Below are positions 8,772-18,705 of a stretch of 64,000 nt of DNA, piece by piece. The DNA lies in the NCBI GenBank assembly GCA_022779465.1, contig JALFTB010000020.1:7923-71922 (forward strand). Reading direction: 5' to 3'. The notes under the pieces were generated by a model that saw nothing but the letters and a program-made list of their open reading frames with translations, was not told the DNA's origin and ran no database searches. The translations under genes and the position numbers were made by a program. How positions within the stretch are numbered: the stretch's first letter is position 1; each line of letters starts with the position of its first letter. This stretch comes from a bacterium (GTDB lineage: Bacteria; Bacillota_I; Bacilli_A; RF39; UBA660).

Positions 8772-9917
8772 ATGAGAAATGTCAATCTTGAAAAGCCTAT
8801 TAGGGTAGCTGAGGTAATTGGAAAGTACAAAGGTGGAGGAGTTGAGTCTTTTACCATAAATTATTATAAAAATGTTGATAGAACTAAAGTACAATTTGAT
8901 TTTATTTTTGATAGTGATTCAAAAGACATTCCTATAGATGAAATTGAAAAACTTGGTGGTAAAGTAATTTTAATACCTCCATATCAACATCCTTTTAAAT
9001 ATCACAAGGAATTAAAGGAAGTATTAAGAACGGGCAATTATAAAATAGTTCATTCACATATTAATACGTTATCTGTCTTCAGCTTATATGCAGCAAAAAA
9101 AGCGGGAGTTCCTATTAGAATTGCTCATAGTCATGCTACTACAAACAAGAAGGAATTTATAAGAAATCTAGTTAAATTACTATTACGTCCATTCAATAAA
9201 ATGCTAGCAACTAACTATGCTTGTTGTTCAGAATCTGCGGGAAGATGGATGTTTGGTAATAAGAATTATGATGAAAAAAAAGTAGTTAAAATTAACAACG
9301 CTATAGAAGTGGATAAATTTATTTATAATAAAAAAATAAGAGATGAATATAGAAAAAAAATAGGAATTAAGGAAAACCAAATTGTGATAGGGCATGTAGG
9401 TAGAATGGTAAAAACAAAGAACCAATCATTTCTAATTAATGTGTTTTTTAAAATATGTTCAAATAAAGATGCAATTCTATTGTTAATTGGACAGGGTCCG
9501 TTAGAAGTAAAACTTAAACAACAAGTTGAATCATTAGGAATTAAGGAAAGAGTAATTTTTTTAGGTCAGAAAAATGATATTTATAATTGGTATCAGACTT
9601 TTGATGCTTTCGTTTTACCTAGCCTATATGAGGGCTTTGGAATGGCTTTATTAGAAGCACAAGTTTCAAATCTTCCTTGTATTGCATCTTTAGATGTACC
9701 CAATGAATCTAAATTAATTGATGATTTTAAGTTTTTGTCTTTAAACGATAGTTATGAAACATGGTCTAATTCGATTTTAAAACTTGTTGAGAACAACGAG
9801 AGAAAATCAAATAAAGAAATAATAGTAGAAAAAGGATATGACATTTCAAATGAATCCAAAAAGTTAACAGATTATTACATAAACTTAATTGAGGAGGAGT
9901 ATCATGCCGACAATTAG
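8772..9917 (+). CDS. Glycosyltransferase, GT4 (GT-B) family
   Basis: GGVESF N-terminal motif and C-terminal PSLYEGFGMALLEAQ (E-x7-E type). Confidence 0.8.
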   Translation: MRNVNLEKPIRVAEVIGKYKGGGVESFTINYYKNVDRTKVQFDFIFDSDSKDIPIDEIEKLGGKVILIPPYQHPFKYHKELKEVLRTGNYKIVHSHINTLSVFSLYAAKKAGVPIRIAHSHATTNKKEFIRNLVKLLLRPFNKMLATNYACCSESAGRWMFGNKNYDEKKVVKINNAIEVDKFIYNKKIRDEYRKKIGIKENQIVIGHVGRMVKTKNQSFLINVFFKICSNKDAILLLIGQGPLEVKLKQQVESLGIKERVIFLGQKNDIYNWYQTFDAFVLPSLYEGFGMALLEAQVSNLPCIASLDVPNESKLIDDFKFLSLNDSYETWSNSILKLVENNERKSNKEIIVEKGYDISNESKKLTDYYINLIEEEYHADN

Positions 9918-10713
9918 TGTGTTAATGGGAGTATACAATACAAAGAATAAGGAATATTTGGAAAAATCTTTAAAATCAATATTAAATCAAACATATTCTG
10001 ATTTTGAATTAATTATATGTGATGATGGCTCAACTAATGATTGTATTAAGTGGGCAAAAGAAATAGTTAACAATGACAAAAGAGTAGTATTTATAAAGAA
10101 TAAATCAAATAGAGGATTAGCATATACATTGAATCATTGCTTAGAGGTTGCAAAAGGAAAATATATAGCAAGGATGGACGATGATGATATTTCGCATCTA
10201 GATAGATTCGAAAAACAAATGAAGTATCTAAAAGAAAACAATGTTGATTTGGTATCTAATAACATTAATGTTTTCGATGAGAATGGTATTTATAATACTT
10301 TGAAATATCCTGAACACATTACAAAAAAAGACTTCTTATTTAATAGCCCAATTGTTCATCCATCTATAATGGCAAAGAAGACTGCTTTTATAAGTGTAAA
10401 TGGATATCGAGATATTAAAAAAACTGTGAGAGTAGAAGATTATGATATCTTTATGCGAATGTTTGCATCTGGAATTAAAATGGATGTTATTCAAGAAACA
10501 TTACTAGATTATAGAGATGATAGAGAAAATACTAAAAGAAGAAAAAAATACAAATATAGAATAAATGAGTTTAAGGTAAGAATTGATGGGTATAGACGTC
10601 TGAAACTAATGCCAATTGGTATATTGTATTCTTTTAAACCTTTAATTTTAGGTATTTTACCAATTAGCATAATAACTTGGATTAAAAAGAAAAGAAATGG
10701 AGGAATAAAATGA
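9904..10713 (+). CDS. Glycosyltransferase, GT2 (GT-A) family
   Basis: ISVLMGVYN, ICDDGSTND and RMDDDD motifs. Start chosen at the ATG after GAGGAGGAG; it overlaps the upstream gene. Confidence 0.8.
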   Translation: MPTISVLMGVYNTKNKEYLEKSLKSILNQTYSDFELIICDDGSTNDCIKWAKEIVNNDKRVVFIKNKSNRGLAYTLNHCLEVAKGKYIARMDDDDISHLDRFEKQMKYLKENNVDLVSNNINVFDENGIYNTLKYPEHITKKDFLFNSPIVHPSIMAKKTAFISVNGYRDIKKTVRVEDYDIFMRMFASGIKMDVIQETLLDYRDDRENTKRRKKYKYRINEFKVRIDGYRRLKLMPIGILYSFKPLILGILPISIITWIKKKRNGGIK

Positions 10714-12104
10714 GGGTTGAGTTAAGAAAGTTTATTTTTGTTTTTATTTATATTATTATTTTTGCAATTTCATTTCTGTTTCTTCCTAAGATTGAAACAT
10801 TTAGAAACATGTCAATTGCTGGAACTATTATCATAACTATTTTATTAATTCTCAATTTTTTATATACAAAAAAAATATTAACACCTATAAATATAATTTT
10901 TGTTTGTTTTATTCTCTTTCAATATGGATTACCATTTTTATATGCAATAGATTCAAACTATAGTAATTGGTATCTTCAACAGATGTCTACTAGTTCTTTA
11001 GTGAATAACAATTTCTTTTCTATAATTTGTATAGAAGCATTCGCTTTTGGATTAATAATGGCAAAAAAGAGGCAAAAAGAAGTAGAAGTTAAAAATAACT
11101 TTTTATCTGACAGTAATAGTAAAATGATTTTTTCATTTTCAAAATTGTTGTTAATAATAACTGGTATAATAGCAATACCATTAGGATTGTACGTTTCATA
11201 TTTGGGTATAATTCATGGATATAATTATGTCAAAATGGATTCGATGCATATTTATAATGGTATAACTAGATTTGCCCAAGAATTCTATGTTGCTGCCAAT
11301 ATACTATGTATTGTGTTTAGTAATAATAAACAGTCTAAAAGAAATTATATGATTCTAGCACTTATTTATTCTGTAATATTAATTTTATCGGGGGCTAGAA
11401 CAACTTCATTGGCAATTATACTTGTTTTGGTGTTTGTTAAGAGTGAAGATGATATAAAAAATAAAGCTAAAAGGACAATTTTTATTGCTTTAGGAATTGC
11501 TTTGTTAGCTTTTGTCGGCTACGCTGTAGCACAGCAACGATTTAGTGGTAGTATTAGTAACCATTCTATTACAAAAGTAACAGAATCAGTAATTGAAGAA
11601 ATGGGGTTTAACTTCACAACAATTAATTTTGTAGAATCATTTGTTCCATCAAATAATAATTACCAGTATGGAATGACTTATATTAAATCACTTCTTTGTT
11701 TAATTCCAAAGACTTTAGATCCAACAAACACAATCGAAAATATAAACAAGACTTTACCCGAAATTGAACTTTCTAATTGGCTTGCATCAAAATATGGAAA
11801 TCTTTATAGTTTTGGTGTTGGGTATTCGGTTATTGCAGAAGCTTACTATAATTTTGGATTATGGGGTTTTATAAGTGTTTTCATTCAAGGATTAATAATT
11901 GGCAAAATAATGAGTAATTCAGATGAAAAAAACAAAACAAAATTTCAAAAATACATTGAATACATCCTATTATTTGCATTATTAACATATCCAAGAAGAT
12001 CGTTTTTAACATTACTAAAATCTATAGAATATTATATTGTATTTATAATTTTGGCGATATTCTTATTATCTCAAAGAAATCGTAAAATTAGGGGGAATGA
12101 ATAA
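10710..12104 (+). CDS. Polysaccharide polymerase (Wzy-like), polytopic membrane protein
   Basis: About 10-12 hydrophobic segments and no soluble domain. Position in the locus fits, and it has an ATGA overlap with the upstream gene. Confidence 0.55.
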   Translation: MRVELRKFIFVFIYIIIFAISFLFLPKIETFRNMSIAGTIIITILLILNFLYTKKILTPINIIFVCFILFQYGLPFLYAIDSNYSNWYLQQMSTSSLVNNNFFSIICIEAFAFGLIMAKKRQKEVEVKNNFLSDSNSKMIFSFSKLLLIITGIIAIPLGLYVSYLGIIHGYNYVKMDSMHIYNGITRFAQEFYVAANILCIVFSNNKQSKRNYMILALIYSVILILSGARTTSLAIILVLVFVKSEDDIKNKAKRTIFIALGIALLAFVGYAVAQQRFSGSISNHSITKVTESVIEEMGFNFTTINFVESFVPSNNNYQYGMTYIKSLLCLIPKTLDPTNTIENINKTLPEIELSNWLASKYGNLYSFGVGYSVIAEAYYNFGLWGFISVFIQGLIIGKIMSNSDEKNKTKFQKYIEYILLFALLTYPRRSFLTLLKSIEYYIVFIILAIFLLSQRNRKIRGNE

Positions 12105-13288
12105 TGAAGATAATTGTAACTTGCCATAGTTATTATCCTAATCATGACGGAGTTCAATTTGTTACTCAATATCTTTGTGAAGGTTTGACTAAAAAAGGTC
12201 ATGAAGTAACCGTTGTAACAAATTATTATGAAAATAGAAATATGGTAAAAGAAGAAGAATGTAATGGGGTTAAAATTATAAGAATCGATGCAAAGACTAA
12301 GCATACAATTCATCATGGAGACAAAAAAGGATATATTCAGCTTATAAAAAACTTATCTAAACAAAATGATTTTATGATTAATGTTTGTACTCAATGTGCT
12401 ACTACAGATTGGTTGTTGAAGGAATTAGACGACATCAACATTCCTAAAATACTATATCTACATTCAATTTGGGATTTTAAATATAAGAAAGATAATTTTT
12501 CATCACTTAAAACATTATTATCAAAGTTATGGGGAAATATGAGGTGGAAGTTTTATTACGAAAAAAATGGAAAATATTTCAGAAAATATAAATACGTAAC
12601 ACAACTTCATGCAATGGACTATACAACATTATTTTTTGAAAAAAAATATGGAATTAAAAGTATAATTATTGAAAATGCTGCTGAATCATCATTTTTTGAT
12701 GATGATTACAATAAGAAAATTGAGTTGCCAGAAAATTATATTTTAAATGTTTCAAATTATTTAAAAAGAAAAAATCAATTAAAATGTTTAGAATTATATT
12801 TAAATTCATCTATTCCAGATGATTGGGAGTTAATACTAATTGGGTCACAGAAAAATGCTTATTCAGATTTGATAGAGAAAAAATATAATGAATATAAGGA
12901 AAAAAATCCGGGTTGCAAAAAAAAGGTTCAAATTCTTTATGGTATCCCAAGAGAAAATATATCGACGTATGTAAAGAAATCTAAAATATATATGATGACT
13001 AGTAAATGGGAAGCGTTTCCTATTTCGTTAGTTGAATGTATGGCTGCCAATGTGCCTTTTATTTCTAGTGATGTTGGAATAGTAAAATATCTACCTGGTG
13101 GAGTTACTTGCTCATGTGACAAAGATTATTATTTTTGGTTAAATGAATTTACTAGTAATGAATTAAAAAGGAAAGAATATGGTAAATTAGGGAATTTGGA
13201 AGCAATAAATAGATTTTCAATTGAAGAAAAAGTAAATCAATTAGAAAAATTATTAGTTAATGGTTTTGAAGGAGATAAAAATGAGTAA
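12104..13288 (+). CDS. Glycosyltransferase, GT4-like
   Basis: N-terminal IIVTCHSYYPNHDGV and C-terminal TSKWEAFPISLVECMA (E-x7-E-like). Confidence 0.65.
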   Translation: MKIIVTCHSYYPNHDGVQFVTQYLCEGLTKKGHEVTVVTNYYENRNMVKEEECNGVKIIRIDAKTKHTIHHGDKKGYIQLIKNLSKQNDFMINVCTQCATTDWLLKELDDINIPKILYLHSIWDFKYKKDNFSSLKTLLSKLWGNMRWKFYYEKNGKYFRKYKYVTQLHAMDYTTLFFEKKYGIKSIIIENAAESSFFDDDYNKKIELPENYILNVSNYLKRKNQLKCLELYLNSSIPDDWELILIGSQKNAYSDLIEKKYNEYKEKNPGCKKKVQILYGIPRENISTYVKKSKIYMMTSKWEAFPISLVECMAANVPFISSDVGIVKYLPGGVTCSCDKDYYFWLNEFTSNELKRKEYGKLGNLEAINRFSIEEKVNQLEKLLVNGFEGDKNE

Positions 13289-13829
13289 TAAAATAAAAGA
13301 AATATTAAAAAAAGATTATGAAAGAATTTACCCTCAAAATCCAGGCTTTCTAAGACTCCTTAAATTATTAATTACGAATGACATAACATATAAAAGATGG
13401 AGATATATAAAATATATGAGGCACTGTGATTTATATAGCTATGATTCTTCTTTTATTGAAAAGTTAAAAAAAATGTATTACCAAAGAAAGAAAAATAAGT
13501 TGGGATTATTATTTGGTTATGAAATCGGATCAAAGAACATTGGGCCAGGATTATGTTTGTATCATAATGGGCCAATAGTGATTCATGGAAATGCAGTAAT
13601 AGGAGAAAATTGTTCTCTTCATGGTGATAACTGCATAGGCAATAATGGCCTTAATGATGAGTGCCCAATTATTGGTAAAAATGTTAAAATAGGTGTTGGG
13701 GCTAAGGTAATCGGAAAAGTAAAAATAGCTGACAACGTTACTATAGGTGCAGGGAGCATTGTAGTTTCTGACATAGATAAAGAAGGAGCTACTGTAGTAG
13801 GAGTTCCTGGAAGAATAAAACAAAAATAA
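13281..13829 (+). CDS. Hexapeptide-repeat O-acetyltransferase (serine acetyltransferase-like)
   Basis: Left-handed beta-helix repeats (IGENCSLHGDNCIG, IGKNVKIGVGAKVIG, IADNVTIGAGSIV). Start at the ATG after GGAG. Confidence 0.75.
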   Translation: MSNKIKEILKKDYERIYPQNPGFLRLLKLLITNDITYKRWRYIKYMRHCDLYSYDSSFIEKLKKMYYQRKKNKLGLLFGYEIGSKNIGPGLCLYHNGPIVIHGNAVIGENCSLHGDNCIGNNGLNDECPIIGKNVKIGVGAKVIGKVKIADNVTIGAGSIVVSDIDKEGATVVGVPGRIKQK

Positions 13830-13854
13830 ATAAGTAAAAAAAGGGTGGTTTAGA

Positions 13855-15276
13855 ATGAAAAGTAAATCAAAGAAACTAATATCTAACACAATCTTGTTTT
13901 TTATAGGAAGTATTGGTTCAAAACTTATTCAATTTATATTAGTTCCACTATATACATACACTTTAACTAAAAATGAGTTTGGAACAACAGATTTAGTATT
14001 AACCACAATTAATTTTCTTATTCCATTCTTTTCAATTCAAATATCAGATGGATTATTAAGATATGGCTTGGATAAAAAAGAAAAGCAAGATGACGTTATT
14101 AACAGTTCCTTTAAAATATTAATTTGTGGTTCATTATTATCTATACTACTTACACCATTGTTTTCTTTAAGTGAAATCTTAAAAAATTGGATTTTATATT
14201 TTTTAGTGATAATGAACTTAAGAATGTATAGGGATTTATTATCAATAGTACTGAAAATAAAAGATATGAATAAATTATTTGCGATTGATAGTATTTTATA
14301 CACTTTTGTTTTATGTATTTCTAGTGTCCTTTGTTTGGTAGTCTTCAAACTAGGTATAAGTGGATATTTTATATCTTATATAATTGCAAATATTTTCTCT
14401 ATATTTTTTATAATAAAAGTATCAAAAATTAAATTGAAAAAACTTTTTAGAAAAATTGACAAGAAATTGTATAAAAAACTAATTTTATATTCTTTACCAC
14501 TTATAATTAATAGTTTATCTTATTGGATAACAACAGCATTTGATAGATACATGATTAATTGGATTTTAGATAAAGAAAATGTTGCACTGTATGCTGTTGC
14601 AGCTAAAATACCAACAATACTATCAACTTTTACAGGTATTTTTAGTCAAGCTTGGTTGATTTCATCGATAAATGAATATGAAACAGAAAGAGATAATAAG
14701 TTTTATTCAGAGACTTTTATAAATTATTGCCAAATCTCAATGGTAGTTTGTGCTATTTTAATATTTTTTATAAACCCATTTATGAAAATATATGTAAGTG
14801 GCGAATATTATGAAGCTTGGATTTATTCACCTTTATTAATATTATCAGCTGTTTTTTCTGGAGTATGCTCTTTTTTAAACGGAATATATTATGCATACAA
14901 AAAAAATATTTCCACTACCATTACCACTATAGTTGGAGCAATACTAAATATAATATTAAATTTATTGTTAATTCCTAAAATAGGAGTTATGGGAGCAACA
15001 ATTGCAACAGTTATTTCTTGGTTTGTAATAATGTTACTAAAATTAAAGCATTTATACAGTTTTATAAAATTAAAAGTACAATATGTACATTTTATTATTT
15101 CTACTTTATTAATTATATTTGAAATTTTTGCTTTATTTTTAGATAATGTATATGCAAAATATACTATTAATCTTATTTTAACCTTAATAATTGTAACATT
15201 GAATTATCAAATAATATTAAAACTGGGAGATATTTTAAAAGCAAAGTTAAGAAAGAAAAAGGTGAATCAATCATGA
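13855..15276 (+). CDS. Wzx-type oligosaccharide flippase (MOP superfamily)
   Basis: About 12-14 TM segments and an N-terminal KLISNTILFFIGSIGSKLIQFILVPLYT typical of polysaccharide biosynthesis proteins. Confidence 0.8.
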   Translation: MKSKSKKLISNTILFFIGSIGSKLIQFILVPLYTYTLTKNEFGTTDLVLTTINFLIPFFSIQISDGLLRYGLDKKEKQDDVINSSFKILICGSLLSILLTPLFSLSEILKNWILYFLVIMNLRMYRDLLSIVLKIKDMNKLFAIDSILYTFVLCISSVLCLVVFKLGISGYFISYIIANIFSIFFIIKVSKIKLKKLFRKIDKKLYKKLILYSLPLIINSLSYWITTAFDRYMINWILDKENVALYAVAAKIPTILSTFTGIFSQAWLISSINEYETERDNKFYSETFINYCQISMVVCAILIFFINPFMKIYVSGEYYEAWIYSPLLILSAVFSGVCSFLNGIYYAYKKNISTTITTIVGAILNIILNLLLIPKIGVMGATIATVISWFVIMLLKLKHLYSFIKLKVQYVHFIISTLLIIFEIFALFLDNVYAKYTINLILTLIIVTLNYQIILKLGDILKAKLRKKKVNQS

Positions 15277-16226
15277 AAAAAATAGTATTCATATGTCCAT
15301 ATTTTGGCAAATTACCAAAAGAACAAATGGCAATATGGTTAAAAACCTGTGAAAAAAATCCTAAAGTTAATTGGATTGTTATAACGGATGATAAAACAAG
15401 TTTTAATTATCCCCAAAATGTTAAGGTGATATATACAACCTTTGAAAGTATGAAAAAAGATTTTCAAAAAAAATTTGATTTTGATATTAGCATGAATTCT
15501 CCATATAAACTTTGTGATTTTAAACCAACTTACGGCTATGTTTTTCAAGATTTAATAAAAGATTATGATTACTGGGGTCATTGTGATTTATCTGATAGTA
15601 TATTTGGAAACATTGAGAAAACATTGAATAAAATTGTTGAACAAGACTATGAAAAAATAGGATTTTTAGGACATCTTACTTTGTATAAAAATAAAAAAGA
15701 GGTTAATGAAAGATTCTTTATGAAATCAAAATCCAACAAATCATTAAATGAAATATTGGGAGTTTCAGATAATATGGCATTTGATGAGACGAATAACTAT
15801 AGCATTAACTTTGTATATTTGGATAATGGATTTAAAATTAAAAGAATCGATGAATTATATTATGACATATCAACACGTTCTTCATCATTTAGAACACCAT
15901 ATTGGTCTGATAAATTAAAATGGGAATATTTATTAGAGGATAGATGTATTTTTGAATGGGATAACGGGAATTTATATAAAATTTATTTGAAAAATGGGAA
16001 AATTAAAAAGGAAGAAATTTTATATGTTCATTATCAAAAAAGGAAAATGACTTATGAAATAAATATTGAAAAGAGTAATCATTTTTTGATTGTTCCAAAC
16101 AAGTTTATCGAATGTGATAAAGTGGATATAAAAACAATAAAGAAATATACTAGAAATAGTATTATTAATAAAACATTACTTAATATTAGAATTAATAAGA
16201 TAAAAAACAAGTTAAAGGGGAAATAA
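15273..16226 (+). CDS. Uncharacterised capsule-locus protein, possibly a non-canonical transferase
   Basis: Soluble, 317 aa, with an N-terminal IVFICPYFGKLP motif and WGHCDLSD. I recognised no GT2/GT4/LicD/TagF signature. ATGA overlap with wzx. Confidence 0.35.
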   Translation: MKKIVFICPYFGKLPKEQMAIWLKTCEKNPKVNWIVITDDKTSFNYPQNVKVIYTTFESMKKDFQKKFDFDISMNSPYKLCDFKPTYGYVFQDLIKDYDYWGHCDLSDSIFGNIEKTLNKIVEQDYEKIGFLGHLTLYKNKKEVNERFFMKSKSNKSLNEILGVSDNMAFDETNNYSINFVYLDNGFKIKRIDELYYDISTRSSSFRTPYWSDKLKWEYLLEDRCIFEWDNGNLYKIYLKNGKIKKEEILYVHYQKRKMTYEINIEKSNHFLIVPNKFIECDKVDIKTIKKYTRNSIINKTLLNIRINKIKNKLKGK

Positions 16227-16227
16227 G

Positions 16228-17319
16228 ATGAAAGCTGATTTAATTACACTTCATGCAGTTAAAAATTATGGTTCTGTTTTACAAGCATTCGCAACTCAAG
16301 AAATATTTAAAAAACATGGCATAGATATAACAATAATTAACTTTATTAGAGAAGACGTATTGCCAAGTAATATTCTAGAATCAAATGGAGCAAATAATAT
16401 TATAAAAAAAATAGTATTGTATCCATCAATAAAAAAACAAGAAAAAGTTTTTAAAAAATTTTGTAATAATTATTTGAAATTAACTAAAAAACAATATACT
16501 TATGAAAAAGACTTTAACAATTACGTTTCTGATGCAGACTTCTATATAACAGGTTCTGATCAAGTCTGGAATTCAACATGGAATAAAGGAATAATAAAAC
16601 CTCTTTATTTGTCATTTGTTAAGGACAAACCTAAAATAGCTTATGCTGCTAGTTTTGGTAAAGAGGAAGTTACCAATGATGAAGTAAAAGAAACTAAATC
16701 ACTAATAAATGATTATTTGAAAATATCTGTGAGAGAAAAAAGTGCAGTTGAATTACTAAAAAAACAATATAACTATACAGATGCTATTCAAGTTTTGGAT
16801 CCAACTCTTGCAGTTGATAAAGAGTTTTGGGTAGAACTTGCGAATAAAGGGAAAAAGTATTCTAATTATGTTTTGATTTATCAACTAAATAGAAATTCAG
16901 AGTTTGATAACTATGCAAAGAAAGTAGCAAAAAAAATGAATTGTAATTTGATTAGAATATGCAGAGGTTATCATCAATTATTGTTACCTGGCAAAGGGAT
17001 AGTGGTACCAAATGTTGAAACTTTTGTTTCATTGTTCTTAAATGCAAAAATGGTTATTACGGATTCATTTCATGCATTGTCCTTTTGTACAAATTTAAAT
17101 GTTCCTTTTGCATGTTTTTATCCAAATAATTTTAATACTCGGCTAAAAAGCCATTTAGAATTATTTAAATTGTTAGATAGAAGAATTGATAATATAAATG
17201 ATTTTAGTATCATTGAAGAAAAGATTGATTGGGATAGTGTTAATAAAATACTTTTTGCTGAAAGAAAGAATAATATTGATTTTATCAAAGATAGTATAAA
17301 AAAAATAAAAGATAGGTGA
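16228..17319 (+). CDS. Polysaccharide pyruvyl transferase family protein
   Basis: TLHAVKNYGSVLQAFATQ and ITGSDQVWN motifs characteristic of the family. Confidence 0.7.
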   Translation: MKADLITLHAVKNYGSVLQAFATQEIFKKHGIDITIINFIREDVLPSNILESNGANNIIKKIVLYPSIKKQEKVFKKFCNNYLKLTKKQYTYEKDFNNYVSDADFYITGSDQVWNSTWNKGIIKPLYLSFVKDKPKIAYAASFGKEEVTNDEVKETKSLINDYLKISVREKSAVELLKKQYNYTDAIQVLDPTLAVDKEFWVELANKGKKYSNYVLIYQLNRNSEFDNYAKKVAKKMNCNLIRICRGYHQLLLPGKGIVVPNVETFVSLFLNAKMVITDSFHALSFCTNLNVPFACFYPNNFNTRLKSHLELFKLLDRRIDNINDFSIIEEKIDWDSVNKILFAERKNNIDFIKDSIKKIKDR

Positions 17320-17324
17320 TTCAT

Positions 17325-18482
17325 ATGATTTGTCCAAAGAATAAGTGTACTGGTTGCTTTTGTTGTTATAATATTTGCCCTAAACAAGCAATTCAAATGA
17401 AGGAAGATGAATATGGAAATGTATATCCTATAATAGATGAGGAAAAGTGTATTCATTGTAATCTATGTAAAAAAACGTGTCCAGCATTAAATAAAGAAAA
17501 ATTAGAATTTAGGTATCCTACAAAAGTCTATGCAATGTATTCTAAGGATAAAGAAATAAGAAGTAGAAGTACTTCTGGAGGAATAGCAACTGCAATTAGT
17601 AAGTTTATTATTCAAAAAGAAGGTATCGTATATGGAGCTGGTAATATTTTCAATAAAGAATCTTTTGAATTTTGCCGAATTGATTCAATTGATGAATTAT
17701 ATAAGATTCAAGGATCAAAATATGTACATTGTTATGTAAATGATAAATATAAAAAAGTTAAAGAAGATTTAGAAAACAAAAAAAAGGTTCTTTTTATTGG
17801 TACCCCTTGTCAAATTGCAGGATTAAAAATGTATTTAAATAAAGATTATAAACTACTTTTAACTATTGATATAATATGTCATGGTGTTCCAAGCCAGAAA
17901 CTATTATTTGAGAATTTAAAAGAATCATATAAAATTGATAAAAATGATTTCGATTACATAACATTTAGGGATTCAAATGGATTCCATTTAAAACTTTACA
18001 AATCAATAGAGGATTATAAATCACAAAAAAATTTAAAATCAAGATATGCAAACTTAGATCAATATTATAAAAACTTTTTAAGAGGTAATATATATAGAGA
18101 TAATTGCTATGAATGTAGTTATGCAAAGAAAGAAAGAATTTCTGATATAACAATTGGCGATTTTTGGGGATTAAGTAAAGATTCTAGTATAAATGATGAT
18201 ATATACAAAGGCATATCATCAGTAATAATTAATACAGAAAAAGGTATGGAACTATTCGATAGCATAAAGCAAATATTTACATATGAGGAAAGAACATATG
18301 AAGAAGCTTATTCAAACAATGAACAGCTAAACAATCCTATGAAAAGGAAAAAACAATACTATATATATAAAGACAACTATATATCAAATGGAGTTGTTAA
18401 AACTTTTAGAAAAATGTATTTGCCAAAAGATTATATAAAATACAACCCGATAATTTATAACCTTTTTAAGAAAGAAAAATAG
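17325..18482 (+). CDS. FrhB-like (coenzyme F420 hydrogenase/dehydrogenase beta subunit family) protein with two N-terminal 4Fe-4S motifs
   Basis: CTGCFCCYNICP and CIHCNLCKKTCP cluster motifs followed by an FrhB-type domain. Start at the ATG after AGGTGA. Confidence 0.65.
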   Translation: MICPKNKCTGCFCCYNICPKQAIQMKEDEYGNVYPIIDEEKCIHCNLCKKTCPALNKEKLEFRYPTKVYAMYSKDKEIRSRSTSGGIATAISKFIIQKEGIVYGAGNIFNKESFEFCRIDSIDELYKIQGSKYVHCYVNDKYKKVKEDLENKKKVLFIGTPCQIAGLKMYLNKDYKLLLTIDIICHGVPSQKLLFENLKESYKIDKNDFDYITFRDSNGFHLKLYKSIEDYKSQKNLKSRYANLDQYYKNFLRGNIYRDNCYECSYAKKERISDITIGDFWGLSKDSSINDDIYKGISSVIINTEKGMELFDSIKQIFTYEERTYEEAYSNNEQLNNPMKRKKQYYIYKDNYISNGVVKTFRKMYLPKDYIKYNPIIYNLFKKEK

Positions 18483-18705
18483 TTGTATTAATAATTGAGA
18501 ATATAAAAACATATTATTAAATATTTGTTTAAATTTTTGTTAAAAAAATTGATATATTTTTCTTTATTGTCAAGATGTATAATATAGTAAAATAGAATAA
18601 TTATATTAAAAAGTTGGAAAGTTAATTTAATGTATTGACTTTCTTTTTTTGATTGTATTAAATACATATTTGGGTTATAATTATAAAGTAGAGGGTAGTG
18701 ATACT

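Noticed and set aside
8770-18482. Compositional island covering the central capsule genes.
   Set aside because: Codon choice looks slightly different by eye from the flanking wzz/kinase and initiating-transferase genes, as expected for serotype-specific regions. I cannot quantify GC or codon bias without computation, so it is mentioned only as something to check under the vanZ finding.
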